Positions 39,585 to 49,495 of a DNA stretch of 64,000 nucleotides are shown one piece after another. Source of the DNA: an uncultured Gammaproteobacteria bacterium (GTDB lineage: Bacteria; Patescibacteriota; Patescibacteriia; CAZGFX01); the NCBI GenBank assembly GCA_964524845.1, contig CAZGFX010000002.1, forward strand, positions 227,428 through 291,427, given 5' to 3'. The notes under the pieces were generated by a model that was not told the origin of the DNA, did no database searches, and saw nothing but the letters and a program-made list of their open reading frames with translations. The position numbers were made by a program, and so were the translations under genes. The first letter of the stretch is position 1. Every line of letters begins with the position of its first letter.

Positions 39585-39950
39585 TTAAAAATTAATTCCT
39601 TGTGAGCGTATACCGTCAGCAAGTGCTTTGATACGACCGGTATATGCGTACCCACCACGATCAAACACAACTGATGAAATCCCTTTGTTCTTAGCCAATT
39701 TTCCAACTTCTTCTCCGAGTATTCGCGCTTGTTCAAGTGGTTTCTTTTTCTTTTGTTCTGCCGAAAGAACACGATCATCAAATGAGACGAGCGTACGACT
39801 ATTTGTATCATCAATTATTTGCACATACATGTGTACCAGACTTCTGTATACCGAAATACGAGGACGTGATAATGTCCCACATATTTGACTGCGTATTTTC
39901 GTATGTCGACGCATTCTTTTTATATTTCGTGATTGTGCGATACTCTTCAT
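39585..39950 (-). CDS. rplR: 50S ribosomal protein L18
   Basis: RPRISVYRS...FDRGGYAYTGRIKALADG. Confidence 0.9.
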   Translation of the reverse strand: MKSIAQSRNIKRMRRHTKIRSQICGTLSRPRISVYRSLVHMYVQIIDDTNSRTLVSFDDRVLSAEQKKKKPLEQARILGEEVGKLAKNKGISSVVFDRGGYAYTGRIKALADGIRSQGINF

Positions 39951-39981
39951 AAAATTGAATCAAAATTGTATTGTGTTCGCT

Positions 39982-40521
39982 TTATTTCGCGACCTTGCCC
40001 GCCTTACGAACAATGACTTCGTCTGCGTACTTAATTCCTTTACCTCCGTATGGTTCAGGCTTCTTTAATAAACGAATCTCCGCTGCTATCTGTCCTACTT
40101 TTTGTTTATCTTGCCCAGTTATCGTAATAAAATTATCAGTAACAACAAGGGTGACACCATCTAATGATGGTTTATATTCAACCGGATGAGAAAACCCTAT
40201 ATTAAGAGTTAGACCATTCCCCTTACTCTGAACGCGATAACCTACTCCAACCACCTCGAGCTTCTTACTATATTCTTTTGTAACTCCTTCGACTGCGTTA
40301 TTAATAAGACTTCTCATCATTCCCCAATGAGCCTTCTCTTCTTTGTTGTCTGTGTTTTTTATAGAACACACAACCGAACCGTTTTCATTAATTACGGTTA
40401 CAAAAGGACTTGGAGGAACGTGAACCGTACCCTTTGGTCCTTTAACATCAATACCCTTGTCTCCGATCGTTATCGAGACTCCCTCGGGAATAATAATAGG
40501 TTTTTTACCAATACGAGACAT
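39982..40521 (-). CDS. rplF: 50S ribosomal protein L6
   Basis: MSRIGKKPIIIPEGV N-terminus. Two-domain length. Confidence 0.9.
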   Translation of the reverse strand: MSRIGKKPIIIPEGVSITIGDKGIDVKGPKGTVHVPPSPFVTVINENGSVVCSIKNTDNKEEKAHWGMMRSLINNAVEGVTKEYSKKLEVVGVGYRVQSKGNGLTLNIGFSHPVEYKPSLDGVTLVVTDNFITITGQDKQKVGQIAAEIRLLKKPEPYGGKGIKYADEVIVRKAGKVAK

Positions 40522-40525
40522 ATGC

Positions 40526-40921
40526 TTACCAGACTTTACAAATTAATTCGCCTCCGATTTTACGACGGCGCGCTTCGCGCCCAGTCATAACTCCTTGCGA
40601 TGTTGAAACAATCGAAATACCAATACCACTCAAGACAAAAGGAATATTATTATAATCAATATATACTCTTCGTCCTGGTTTTGATACGCGCTCTATATTG
40701 GTAATTGCTGGGTTCTTACCTCTGTATTTAAGTGCTACACGAAGTATAGGAAAAGATCCTTTTTTCTCAACTTTTTCAAAACCATCAACATACCCGTTTT
40801 TTTGCAACATACCTGCAAGCGCATATTTCGTTTTTGAAAACGGAATCAAAGCCTCTTTCTTATGAGAAAAAGACGCGTTACGAATATGTGTCAAAAAATC
40901 TGCTATTGGATCAGTCATCAT
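40526..40921 (-). CDS. rpsH: 30S ribosomal protein S8
   Basis: MMTDPIADFLTHIRNA N-terminus. Track ORF over-extends upstream into rpsZ. Confidence 0.9.
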   Translation of the reverse strand: MMTDPIADFLTHIRNASFSHKKEALIPFSKTKYALAGMLQKNGYVDGFEKVEKKGSFPILRVALKYRGKNPAITNIERVSKPGRRVYIDYNNIPFVLSGIGISIVSTSQGVMTGREARRRKIGGELICKVW

Positions 40922-40934
40922 ATATGTGTATAAT

Positions 40935-41141
40935 TTACCAGCTTGATTTCTTAAGACCTGGAATTTCATTACGATCTGCGCGTTCTCGTAAACAAATACG
41001 GCACAAGTCAAAAAGCCGTACGTAACCGCGTGCTCGTCCGCACAATGCACATCGATTACGATGTCTGTTTCCAATTGCTTTGCCAGACGCCTCAATTGCG
41101 GCAAGCTTCTTCATCTTTGCTACTCGTGCTTTTGTTGCCAT
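40935..41141 (-). CDS. rpsZ: 30S ribosomal protein S14 type Z (zinc-binding)
   Basis: 61-68 aa with a CALCGR...CRIC Cys4. Confidence 0.9.
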   Translation of the reverse strand: MATKARVAKMKKLAAIEASGKAIGNRHRNRCALCGRARGYVRLFDLCRICLRERADRNEIPGLKKSSW

Positions 41142-41146
41142 ATGTG

Positions 41147-41689
41147 TTATTTTTTAAACGGAAAACCTAGAAGTGTAAAAAATTCCAAACCTTTTTCTCG
41201 TGTACCGCATGTGGTAGTAAAGCTTACCTCGACTCCGTGCAGCTTCTCTACCTCATCTGATCGAATTTCAGGAAAAATATTGTATTCAGAAAAACCAACC
41301 GTTAGATTGCCATTCTGATCAAACCCCTTATTCGAATCCAGGCCACGGAAATCTCTAACACGTGAAAATGTAATGCTCAAAAGTTTATCAATAAAATCTT
41401 CCATTCTCTTTCCACGAAGTGTCGCCTTGACTCCGATGACCATGCCTTCGCGAAGCTTAAAGTTTGAAATTGATTTACGAGCTTTGATAAGCACCGGTTT
41501 TTGACCAGTGATACGTTTGAGCACGTTTTCCGCAACCTCGATCCATCCTTTATCATCTACCGCTTTCCCCAATCCAACATTTAGTGTGACTTTTGTTATT
41601 TTTGGCATAGCCATAACATTCGTGATGCCAAAACGCTCACGAAATGCCGGAATAACTTTCTTTTCATAATTTTCTTTGTATATAATCAT
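41147..41689 (-). CDS. rplE: 50S ribosomal protein L5
   Basis: Operon position and length. Confidence 0.9.
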   Translation of the reverse strand: MIIYKENYEKKVIPAFRERFGITNVMAMPKITKVTLNVGLGKAVDDKGWIEVAENVLKRITGQKPVLIKARKSISNFKLREGMVIGVKATLRGKRMEDFIDKLLSITFSRVRDFRGLDSNKGFDQNGNLTVGFSEYNIFPEIRSDEVEKLHGVEVSFTTTCGTREKGLEFFTLLGFPFKK

Positions 41690-41693
41690 ACAA

Positions 41694-42020
41694 TTACTTT
41701 TCTAAAATATGGCCTGATTTCTTCGTAATACGAACTTTTACGCCTTTTTCGTTTACTGTATACCCAACACGAGTTGGTTTTTCTGATTTCGGATCAATAA
41801 CCATAACGTTTGATATGTGTAATGGCGCATTAAATTCTATTTTTTGACCCTTATCTCCTTTTCGCGTTGGTCGAATATGACGATATCGAATATTTGCTCC
41901 TTCAACAACAACACGTTCTTCTTTTGGAAAAACCTGTGTAACAGATCCGATCGTTCCCTTATCTCTTCCTGCAACGATCTGAACCTTGTCTCCTACTTTT
42001 ATTTTGAATTTCGTTATCAT
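41694..42020 (-). CDS. rplX: 50S ribosomal protein L24
   Basis: KVGDKVQIVAGRDKG KOW motif. Confidence 0.9.
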   Translation of the reverse strand: MITKFKIKVGDKVQIVAGRDKGTIGSVTQVFPKEERVVVEGANIRYRHIRPTRKGDKGQKIEFNAPLHISNVMVIDPKSEKPTRVGYTVNEKGVKVRITKKSGHILEK

Positions 42021-42027
42021 ATGAATA

Positions 42028-42399
42028 CTATATTACTTCAGGAGCAAGTGAAATTATTTTTGCAAAACCAAGCTGACGAAGCTCTCGAGCAACAGGACCG
42101 AATATACGAGTTCCTTTCGGCTCTTTGTTTTTCTTATCTATAATTACAACAGCATTTTCATCAAATCGGATATAAGTTCCATCCTTGCGACGAAGCTCCT
42201 TGTGCTGACGAACCACAACTGCGTGATGTACTTCTCCCGATTTCACTTCTGTATGTGGAGTCGAGTGTTTCACTGTGACAGTAACAATATCTCCAATCTG
42301 AGCATATCGTTTTTTGTATCCACCCAACACCTTAATACACTGGACGCGGAGTGCGCCAGAATTATCAGCAACAGTAAGCATTGAACGGTGTTGAATCAT
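42028..42399 (-). CDS. rplN: 50S ribosomal protein L14
   Basis: [17 protein letters not shown]-terminus. Confidence 0.9.
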   Translation of the reverse strand: MIQHRSMLTVADNSGALRVQCIKVLGGYKKRYAQIGDIVTVTVKHSTPHTEVKSGEVHHAVVVRQHKELRRKDGTYIRFDENAVVIIDKKNKEPKGTRIFGPVARELRQLGFAKIISLAPEVI

Positions 42400-42405
42400 A
42401 GTTTT

Positions 42406-42687
42406 TTATTTTGTATCAATTGAAGCTAGTTTCCAGCACTTGTGTCGAGAAATTGGACGACACTCCTCTATAGAAACAATCATGCCAACTTTACACTTAT
42501 TAAGTGGATCGTGTACTTTATAATTTTTACTTCGAGTAATGATTTTCTTGTATTTTGAATGCTGAACAGAACGATCAACTCGAACGACAGTTGTTTTGTT
42601 CAACGAACCAGATACGACAAGACCTTGCAGTTTTCGTTTTCGAACTGCTGTTTTTTGAGTCGTTAACTGTTTATTTTTTGATTCCAT
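42406..42687 (-). CDS. rpsQ: 30S ribosomal protein S17
   Basis: GLVVSGSLNKTTVVRVDR OB-fold motif. Confidence 0.9.
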   Translation of the reverse strand: MESKNKQLTTQKTAVRKRKLQGLVVSGSLNKTTVVRVDRSVQHSKYKKIITRSKNYKVHDPLNKCKVGMIVSIEECRPISRHKCWKLASIDTK

Positions 42688-42703
42688 AGTATTGTTTCGT
42701 CAT

Positions 42704-42898
42704 TTAAGCATGTTTTTTTAACTCTTTCAAGACTGTCTGTATTCGAGCTATATCGTTTCGAAGAACCTTAAATAAATGATTATGCTTAAGTTGGCCTGAC
42801 ACCACCTGTGCGCGCATTTTTTGGAGCTCTGTGCGTTTCTCAATAATGAGGCTCGCAAGCTCTTTTTCATTCATTTTTCTGAAATCCTGTATTTTCAT
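42704..42898 (-). CDS. rpmC: 50S ribosomal protein L29
   Basis: 64 aa helical protein. Operon position between rplP and rpsQ. Confidence 0.85.
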   Translation of the reverse strand: MKIQDFRKMNEKELASLIIEKRTELQKMRAQVVSGQLKHNHLFKVLRNDIARIQTVLKELKKHA

Positions 42899-42906
42899 AT
42901 GACTTT

Positions 42907-43329
42907 TTATGAATGATGTTTAATGACAAATTTCGTAGAAAGCGATATTTTGTGTTGTCCAAGACGAAGTGCTTCTTTTGCAACTTTTTCATCAACACCA
43001 CCAACCTCGAAAATAATCATTCCTGCGCGAATTTTTGCAACATAATGATCAGGACCACCCTTACCGCCTCCCATTTTCGTACCACTAACACCAGTACCAA
43101 TTGTACGAACAACATCTGGAAATACTCTAATATAAATATCACCGCCTCGATTCATGTGACGTGCCATAGCACGACGAGCGGCTTCAATCTGACGAGAGGT
43201 TATAAATCCAGCAACAATAGCCTTCATTCCATATTCACCAAACGCAACACTGCATCCGCGATGTGCCTTGCCTCTTATCTGATCTGTACGAAATTGCTTT
43301 CGATATTTAACTTTTTTTGGAGCCAACAT
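42907..43329 (-). CDS. rplP: 50S ribosomal protein L16
   Basis: MLAPKKVKYRKQFR N-terminus. Confidence 0.9.
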   Translation of the reverse strand: MLAPKKVKYRKQFRTDQIRGKAHRGCSVAFGEYGMKAIVAGFITSRQIEAARRAMARHMNRGGDIYIRVFPDVVRTIGTGVSGTKMGGGKGGPDHYVAKIRAGMIIFEVGGVDEKVAKEALRLGQHKISLSTKFVIKHHS

Positions 43330-43330
43330 A

Positions 43331-44008
43331 TTAGTGTGTTTCTTTTAATGCCGCATGGGGTTGGTTTTCAGGATCGCTAAACTCTCCCTTGTATATCCAA
43401 ACCTTGATACCAATAATTCCGAATGTTGTGAGTGCTTCTGCGTGACTATAATCAATAAATGCACGAAGCGTTGTAAGAGGAATGCTTCCATCAACCAATG
43501 TTTCTGTGCGAGCAATATCAGCACCGTTTAAACGACCTGATATTTTTACCTTGATTCCCTTTGCACCCGAACGCATAACACGTTCAATCGTTTGTTTCAT
43601 GGAACGTCTAAATGGCATGCGTTTTTCAAGATCTTGTGCAATTGTGAAAGCAACAATATCAGCATTAAGATTCGGTTTCTTTATTTCTATAATGTTGATT
43701 TTAATTGTTTCTTTCTTACACTTAATCATCTTTGCCAAATTCTTCTGAAGTGTTTCCACTCCTGCGCCACCGCGACCAATTACAACTCCTGGTTTTGCCA
43801 AATTAATATTAATAGTAATATTATCAGCAAAACGTTCGATAATAATATCCGAAACATGCGCTTCTTTCAGTTGCTTTTTTATATAAGCGCGCATTCGAAG
43901 ATCATCCAATAACAAATGCGCATATCGCCTTTTACGTGCGTACCATTTTGATGTCCATTCAAGACCTGTGCCAAGTCGATAAGCTTTTGGATTTACTTTG
44001 GATGACAT
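43331..44008 (-). CDS. rpsC: 30S ribosomal protein S3
   Basis: KH-domain GRGGAGVETL motif. Confidence 0.9.
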   Translation of the reverse strand: MSSKVNPKAYRLGTGLEWTSKWYARKRRYAHLLLDDLRMRAYIKKQLKEAHVSDIIIERFADNITININLAKPGVVIGRGGAGVETLQKNLAKMIKCKKETIKINIIEIKKPNLNADIVAFTIAQDLEKRMPFRRSMKQTIERVMRSGAKGIKVKISGRLNGADIARTETLVDGSIPLTTLRAFIDYSHAEALTTFGIIGIKVWIYKGEFSDPENQPHAALKETH

Positions 44009-44011
44009 AAA

Positions 44012-44491
44012 TTATTTCTTCGTTGATTTTTCTTTCTTAGGTGTCAAAACAGGTGTTTTCTTTTTTGAAATTGGTTTCTTTGTTTTTATTTTGTTGCTTT
44101 CTGATGAGATATCCTCCTTCATTTCTGTTTTTGGTTCAACCGATGATTCAGTAGGTGAGGAGTGTATGCCCACTACAATCGTCACATGAGACATCTGACG
44201 TTTGAACTGAGCAGCACGACCCATCGCACGTGGCATAACACGCTTCAAAGCCATTCCTTGATTAACAAAAATTTCTTCGATTTTTAATAATTTTGGATCA
44301 AGATGATAATTATGCTCAGCGTTTGCGATAGCTGATTTTAAAAGTTTAAGTATAGGTGTAGCACTCTTTTTTAAAGAAAATTTAAGTTGTTCGCGCGCAA
44401 CATCAACGTTTTTTCCACGAATAAGACCGGCAACGAGACGTACTTTTCTCGGCGAAATTTTTAAGTTTTTAAGATGTGCTTGTACCTTCAT
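44012..44491 (-). CDS. rplV: 50S ribosomal protein L22 (Lys-rich C-terminal extension)
   Basis: Core L22 motifs. Operon position. Confidence 0.9.
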   Translation of the reverse strand: MKVQAHLKNLKISPRKVRLVAGLIRGKNVDVAREQLKFSLKKSATPILKLLKSAIANAEHNYHLDPKLLKIEEIFVNQGMALKRVMPRAMGRAAQFKRQMSHVTIVVGIHSSPTESSVEPKTEMKEDISSESNKIKTKKPISKKKTPVLTPKKEKSTKK

Positions 44492-44501
44492 AATTTAATT
44501 A

Positions 44502-44783
44502 TTATTTTGCAGAAGTAGTTGGTGTACTTGACTTCTGGCCTCCGTGTGCAACGAACTTACGTGTCGGAGAGAATTCACCAAGCTTGTGTCCAACCATGTT
44601 TTCTACAACATATACCTTTATAAAAGATTTGCCGTTGTGCACCATGAAATTAATTCCAACCATTTCAGGCGTAATCGTTGAAGAACGAGACCATGTCTTG
44701 ATAGTATCTCCCGGTTTTATGGAAGAAAGCTTCTTAAGAATACTCTCGTGAACAAAATAACCTTTTTTTAGACTTCGTGTCAT
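44502..44783 (-). CDS. rpsS: 30S ribosomal protein S19
   Basis: [11 protein letters not shown] and VHNGK motifs. Confidence 0.9.
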   Translation of the reverse strand: MTRSLKKGYFVHESILKKLSSIKPGDTIKTWSRSSTITPEMVGINFMVHNGKSFIKVYVVENMVGHKLGEFSPTRKFVAHGGQKSSTPTTSAK

Positions 44784-44792
44784 ATGTTTATT

Positions 44793-45626
44793 TTATTTGG
44801 TGCGACGTGAAACAATATCACGATTAGACCTCTTGTGTTTCTTTCTTGTTTTCACACCCAATGCTGGTTTACCTGTATAAGTAACCGGTCGTTTCAAACC
44901 GATTGAGTTACGCGCCTCACCTCCACCATGACGATGATCAACTGGATTCATAACCTTACCGCGAACAGTAGGTCTGATACCACACAAACGGATACGCCCA
45001 GCCTTTCCCCATCGAATATTTCTGTATTCCGAATTGCTCACGCTGCCAACTGTAGCCATACATTCTTTATTCACCATACGTACTTCTCCAGATGGTAAAC
45101 GAAGAATTGCTTTCTGACCATCAATCGCAAGAAACATGATTGCATTACCAGCTGAACGTGCAATTTTGCCTCCTGCATGCGGAGTCAATTCAACATTGTG
45201 TATTTCAATACCGGTAGGCAATTGTGAAAGAGGCATTCGATTTCCGGGAATAACATCGACTCTGTTTAATGATGATATTATCTTATCTCCTTGTTTCATA
45301 TCTTTGTGAGCGATAACATATCTTTTCTCACCATCTGCATAACAAACAAGTGCGATAAAAGCATTTCTGTTTGGATCATATTCTATGGTTTGGACAATTC
45401 CTGGAATATCATATTTGTCCATAATAAAATCTACGATACGACAAAAACGTTTCACACCACCGCCTCTGTGACGAACAGTTATCTTGCCTTGGTTATTGCG
45501 ACCTGCTTTGGTTTTGATTGTAAAACGAAGAGCTTTTGGCGGATTGTTCGGAGACAAAATATCATTAACAACCACGCTTGTTCCGCGTCGTCCCGGTGTA
45601 GTCGGTCTGTATATTTTTATCGCCAT
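44793..45626 (-). CDS. rplB: 50S ribosomal protein L2
   Basis: AIKIYRPTTPGRR N-terminus. 277 aa. Confidence 0.9.
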   Translation of the reverse strand: MAIKIYRPTTPGRRGTSVVVNDILSPNNPPKALRFTIKTKAGRNNQGKITVRHRGGGVKRFCRIVDFIMDKYDIPGIVQTIEYDPNRNAFIALVCYADGEKRYVIAHKDMKQGDKIISSLNRVDVIPGNRMPLSQLPTGIEIHNVELTPHAGGKIARSAGNAIMFLAIDGQKAILRLPSGEVRMVNKECMATVGSVSNSEYRNIRWGKAGRIRLCGIRPTVRGKVMNPVDHRHGGGEARNSIGLKRPVTYTGKPALGVKTRKKHKRSNRDIVSRRTK

Positions 45627-45634
45627 ACATCAAT

Positions 45635-45991
45635 TTATTTAGTGTGAAAAGTATCGATAACAGATCCTTTCGGAAGTGTTATAATTGCTTTTTTCCAAGA
45701 ATTTCTTTTGCCTTCACGAGCTCCAAAACGAACTTTTTTTCCACGAACAATCATCGTTGCAACTTTTTCTGGACGAACTCCGTATACCGCCGCAACAGAA
45801 CGCGCTATGGAAACTTTGTTTGCATTTCGCGCAACTTCAAAAACATACTGTCTCATGCCTTGTATTGATGATGTCTTTTCAGTTACAACTGGTCTGACAA
45901 GTATAGTATGAGAATCAAAAGAATCCAGTGTTTTTATATCACGTGGTTCTGAAGATTTTTCGATTGTTTTCTTTTTGCGCAACAATGACAT
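45635..45991 (-). CDS. rplW: 50S ribosomal protein L23
   Basis: Operon position. L23 fold motifs. Confidence 0.85.
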   Translation of the reverse strand: MSLLRKKKTIEKSSEPRDIKTLDSFDSHTILVRPVVTEKTSSIQGMRQYVFEVARNANKVSIARSVAAVYGVRPEKVATMIVRGKKVRFGAREGKRNSWKKAIITLPKGSVIDTFHTK

Positions 45992-45999
45992 ATGTATAA

Positions 46000-46629
46000 T
46001 TAGTAAGCGTAGGTTTTTTCTACCTCCGCAACGGCAGGGGTGGTAAGTACAATATATTCATACTTAAGCACATCAACAATATTTAGGCTTTGTGCATTGG
46101 TAATATGCGTTGAACGCACGTTTCGCACTGCACGAACCACATTTGAAACCTTGCCTGGAAGAGCAACAAGCACTTTTTTTCCGGAACACGGAAGATTTTT
46201 TAAAATAGAAGCAATCTCTTTTGTCTTGTATTCTTTTGATTGCAATTCATCTAAAATAATAATCTTATCGTGTGCGAATTTATCTGACAGTGCAATACAC
46301 ACTGCTTTTTTCTTTGTTTTCTTATTGATCTTCAAGGAAAAATTTCTTTCATTTGTAGGACCAAATACAATTCCTCCTCCAACCCACTGAGGAGCACGAA
46401 TGGATCCTTGACGAGCACGACCAGTGCCTTTCTGACGCCATGGTTTCTTTCCACCACCTCTTACATCAGAACGAGTCTTGGTATGTGCTACGGCACTTCG
46501 ATTGTTCGCCATCTGAGCACGAACAGCGTCATATACGACTGTTTCATTAATAGGAAGACCGAAGATCTCTTTCTTAAGATCTATTTCTTCTTTTATTTTT
46601 CCCGTGCTGTCGTATACTTTTGTTTTCAT
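46000..46629 (-). CDS. rplD: 50S ribosomal protein L4
   Basis: GGGKKPWRQKGTGRARQGS loop motif. Confidence 0.9.
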   Translation of the reverse strand: MKTKVYDSTGKIKEEIDLKKEIFGLPINETVVYDAVRAQMANNRSAVAHTKTRSDVRGGGKKPWRQKGTGRARQGSIRAPQWVGGGIVFGPTNERNFSLKINKKTKKKAVCIALSDKFAHDKIIILDELQSKEYKTKEIASILKNLPCSGKKVLVALPGKVSNVVRAVRNVRSTHITNAQSLNIVDVLKYEYIVLTTPAVAEVEKTYAY

Positions 46630-46648
46630 ACGTAGTTACGTTTTTTGA

Positions 46649-47557
46649 TTACGCTTGTATCTTATCATTCTTTTCTTCTGTGTCTTCTTTGTTTTCTACC
46701 AATTCTTCTGCTTTCTCTTCGTTGTTTTTCTGCGCTTCTTGTTCTTCTGGTTTTTCGGAAGTAGTGACTTCTTCTGAAACAGGAGCGTCTTTTGAAACAA
46801 CCTCCTCTAACACAGGTGTTTCAGATACGTTTGTATCGCTTATTAAAGCCGAATTATCTTCAACAACGCGTGCGGTATTATTATCTTTTATATTATCATT
46901 GTCAATGCTGGAACCCTCTGTTTTCGACAGTTTTTCAGATACTTTGAGGTCTCCATTTCCCTCTATATATACAATACCACCAATGTGACCAGGAACCGCT
47001 CCAAGAAGATACAAAAGATTTTTCTCTGGATCAACCTTTTCTATTGTAAGATTTATAATCGTATGCTGATCGCCACCCATACGTCCTGGTTTTTTTACAC
47101 CAGGAAATACACGTTGTGGAGCCTGTGCTCCTGACGATCCAGGCATTCTTAACTGATCCTTGTGACCATGTGTTTTAGGATGACCTCCAAACCCGTGGCG
47201 TTTCACAACACCTTGGAATCCCTTGCCTTTCGTAACTCCTGTAACTTTTACAACATCTCCCGAAGCAAATGTATCAACAGTAATGACATCGCCTTTTTTC
47301 GCAATATTCGCATCTTCTATATGAAATTCCTTCAAAAAACGATTTGTTTCAATATCACCACAATGTCCTTTCTGTGGTTTATTAATGTTTTTTGCTTTTC
47401 CAAATCCAATTTGAAACGCTCCATACCCGTGTGTATCTGGACGTTTAACTTCAGTGATATGACATGGGCCGGCCTCAATAACCGTTACCGGTTTTACAGT
47501 GCCGTCCGCATCAAACAACTGCGTCATCTCAATCTTTTTTCCAATAATAAACTTCAT
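46649..47557 (-). CDS. rplC: 50S ribosomal protein L3 with ~95-aa acidic low-complexity C-terminal extension
   Basis: MKFIIGKKIEMTQLFD N-terminus at ATG 47557 (track ORF over-extended to 47644). Core to ~aa 205, then a Glu/Ser/Lys-rich tail. Confidence 0.85.
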   Translation of the reverse strand: MKFIIGKKIEMTQLFDADGTVKPVTVIEAGPCHITEVKRPDTHGYGAFQIGFGKAKNINKPQKGHCGDIETNRFLKEFHIEDANIAKKGDVITVDTFASGDVVKVTGVTKGKGFQGVVKRHGFGGHPKTHGHKDQLRMPGSSGAQAPQRVFPGVKKPGRMGGDQHTIINLTIEKVDPEKNLLYLLGAVPGHIGGIVYIEGNGDLKVSEKLSKTEGSSIDNDNIKDNNTARVVEDNSALISDTNVSETPVLEEVVSKDAPVSEEVTTSEKPEEQEAQKNNEEKAEELVENKEDTEEKNDKIQA

Positions 47558-47700
47558 AATGATTTCGTAAGAAACAAATACGATATGTTCGTATGTAATA
47601 TGCGTACAAATTTGTGTACAAAACATCGATACGTATCGCGTCACAATATTCCGTACAAAAAAATAATCTGTACGAAAATTATTTAGAAACAGAGATAAAA

Positions 47701-48027
47701 TTAATAATTTTTGATCTCCACTTCTACACCAGCCGGCAATGAAAGCGATGAGAGTCCTTCGATTGTTGTTGGATTGAAATTGAATATATCAACAACTCTC
47801 TTATGAGTTCTCATTTCATACTGCGTTCTTGCGTTCTTGTGTACAAACGTTGACTTTAGAAGCGTGAACTTCTTTTTATCAGTTGGCAATGGAATTGGCC
47901 CTTTTACGTTTGCTCCTGATCTTCGTGCAGTATCAATAATCGTCTTCGCCGCCTGATCAATAATCTTATGATCGTAAGAACGAATTTTAATGCGTATCTT
48001 CGAAGCGTCTGTGTTTTTTTCAGTCAT
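47701..48027 (-). CDS. rpsJ: 30S ribosomal protein S10
   Basis: RIKIRSYDHKIIDQAAKTIIDTARRSGANVKGPIPLP. Confidence 0.9.
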   Translation of the reverse strand: MTEKNTDASKIRIKIRSYDHKIIDQAAKTIIDTARRSGANVKGPIPLPTDKKKFTLLKSTFVHKNARTQYEMRTHKRVVDIFNFNPTTIEGLSSLSLPAGVEVEIKNY

Positions 48028-48060
48028 ATTTCAATTAATGCGTATACCTCAAGAGAAGAT

Positions 48061-48093
48061 GGAAGAGCTTGCACATAAGTGACAAGCTCTTCC
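48061..48093 (-). promoter_or_regulatory. stable hairpin in the tuf-rpsJ spacer (attenuator or processing stem)
   Basis: 10-bp perfect stem ggaagagctt/aagctcttcc with a 12-nt loop. Confidence 0.3.
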
Positions 48094-48109
48094 AATGTTC
48101 GAGAGCCGA

Positions 48110-49297
48110 TTATTTAATAACCTTTGAGATCACTCCTGACCCGACAGTTCTGCCACCCTCTCGGATAGCTAAACGCTGTTGAGCTTCGAGCGCAATCGGC
48201 TTAAGCAACTTAACCTTAACAGTAACATGATCACCAGGCATAACCATTTCCATACCCTCTGGTAATTCCAATTCACCCGTAACATCTGTTGTGCGAATAT
48301 AGAACTGTGGTTTATAACCTTTGAAAAACGGAGTATGACGACCACCTTCGTCTTTCGTAAGAATGTAGAGCTGCGCCTCAAATTCTGTATGAGGAGTCGC
48401 TGAACCAGGAGCAACAATTACTTGTCCTCTTTCTACATCTTCTTTCTTTAAGCTTCTGAGAAGTAAACCGGCATTATCGCCTGCCATACCCTCATTAAGA
48501 CTTTTGTTAAACATCTCGACTCCGGTAATAACGCTTTTTTGAGTATCGCGCAAACCAACAATTTCTACCTCGTCTCCAACTTTTATTTGTCCTCTTTCAA
48601 TACGGCCTGTAACAACTGTACCTCGGCCAGAAATTGAGAAAACATCTTCAATTGGCATAAGGAATGGTTTATCGATATCGCGTTTTGGTGTTTCAATGTA
48701 AGTATCAACCGCTTCCATAAGATCAAGAATTGCTTTCGCATCAGGACCTGATGGATTTTCGAGAGCCTTAAGTGCAGAACCTCTTATAATAGGGGTCTTG
48801 TCACCAGGAAATTCATATTTTGAAAGTAAATCGCGAATTTCTTGTTCAACAAGTTCAACAAGCTCTGGGTCAGAAACCTGATCCATCTTGTTTAAAAATA
48901 CTACAACATAAGGAACACCTACTTGTTTTGCTAGAAGGATGTGTTCGCGTGTCTGAGGCATCGGACCGTCAGCTGCGGAAACAACAAGAATTGCTCCGTC
49001 CATCTGTGCGGCACCTGTAATCATGTTTTTTACATAATCAGCATGTCCCGGACAATCTACGTGCGCGTAGTGACGCGCTGCAGTTTCATACTCAACGTGA
49101 GCAGCAGAGATAGTAATACCACGAGCTTTTTCCTCGGGCGTACCATCAATCTGATCAACACCTTTCTGTTGAGCGGCAAAACCGCCTGCATTGAGCACGG
49201 ACAAAATAGCCGCGGTCAACGTTGTCTTCCCATGATCTACATGACCAATGGTACCGACATTGACGTGTGGTTTTGATCTGTTAAAACTATCTGCCAT
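48110..49297 (-). CDS. tuf: elongation factor Tu
   Basis: [15 protein letters not shown] and NKMD GTPase motifs. 395 aa. Confidence 0.95.
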   Translation of the reverse strand: MADSFNRSKPHVNVGTIGHVDHGKTTLTAAILSVLNAGGFAAQQKGVDQIDGTPEEKARGITISAAHVEYETAARHYAHVDCPGHADYVKNMITGAAQMDGAILVVSAADGPMPQTREHILLAKQVGVPYVVVFLNKMDQVSDPELVELVEQEIRDLLSKYEFPGDKTPIIRGSALKALENPSGPDAKAILDLMEAVDTYIETPKRDIDKPFLMPIEDVFSISGRGTVVTGRIERGQIKVGDEVEIVGLRDTQKSVITGVEMFNKSLNEGMAGDNAGLLLRSLKKEDVERGQVIVAPGSATPHTEFEAQLYILTKDEGGRHTPFFKGYKPQFYIRTTDVTGELELPEGMEMVMPGDHVTVKVKLLKPIALEAQQRLAIREGGRTVGSGVISKVIK

Positions 49298-49495
49298 GGT
49301 TGTTAATTAAAAATTTCTTACTGTTAGGAATCAAGTGTGCCAAAAAAGGACACTTAGATCAACTCTATGAGTGCGGAAAACCGCTTAACATAGTGTTTTT
49401 TCTTTTGAAACAAAAGAAAAGACGATAAACGTCAGAAGCATTGTAACAAAAATTTGATTTTATGCAAGGGTATAACCTCTTGAAAACTTCGATTG

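Noticed and set aside
42913-43380. 155-aa plus-strand ORF
   Set aside because: Antisense to rplP/rpsC.
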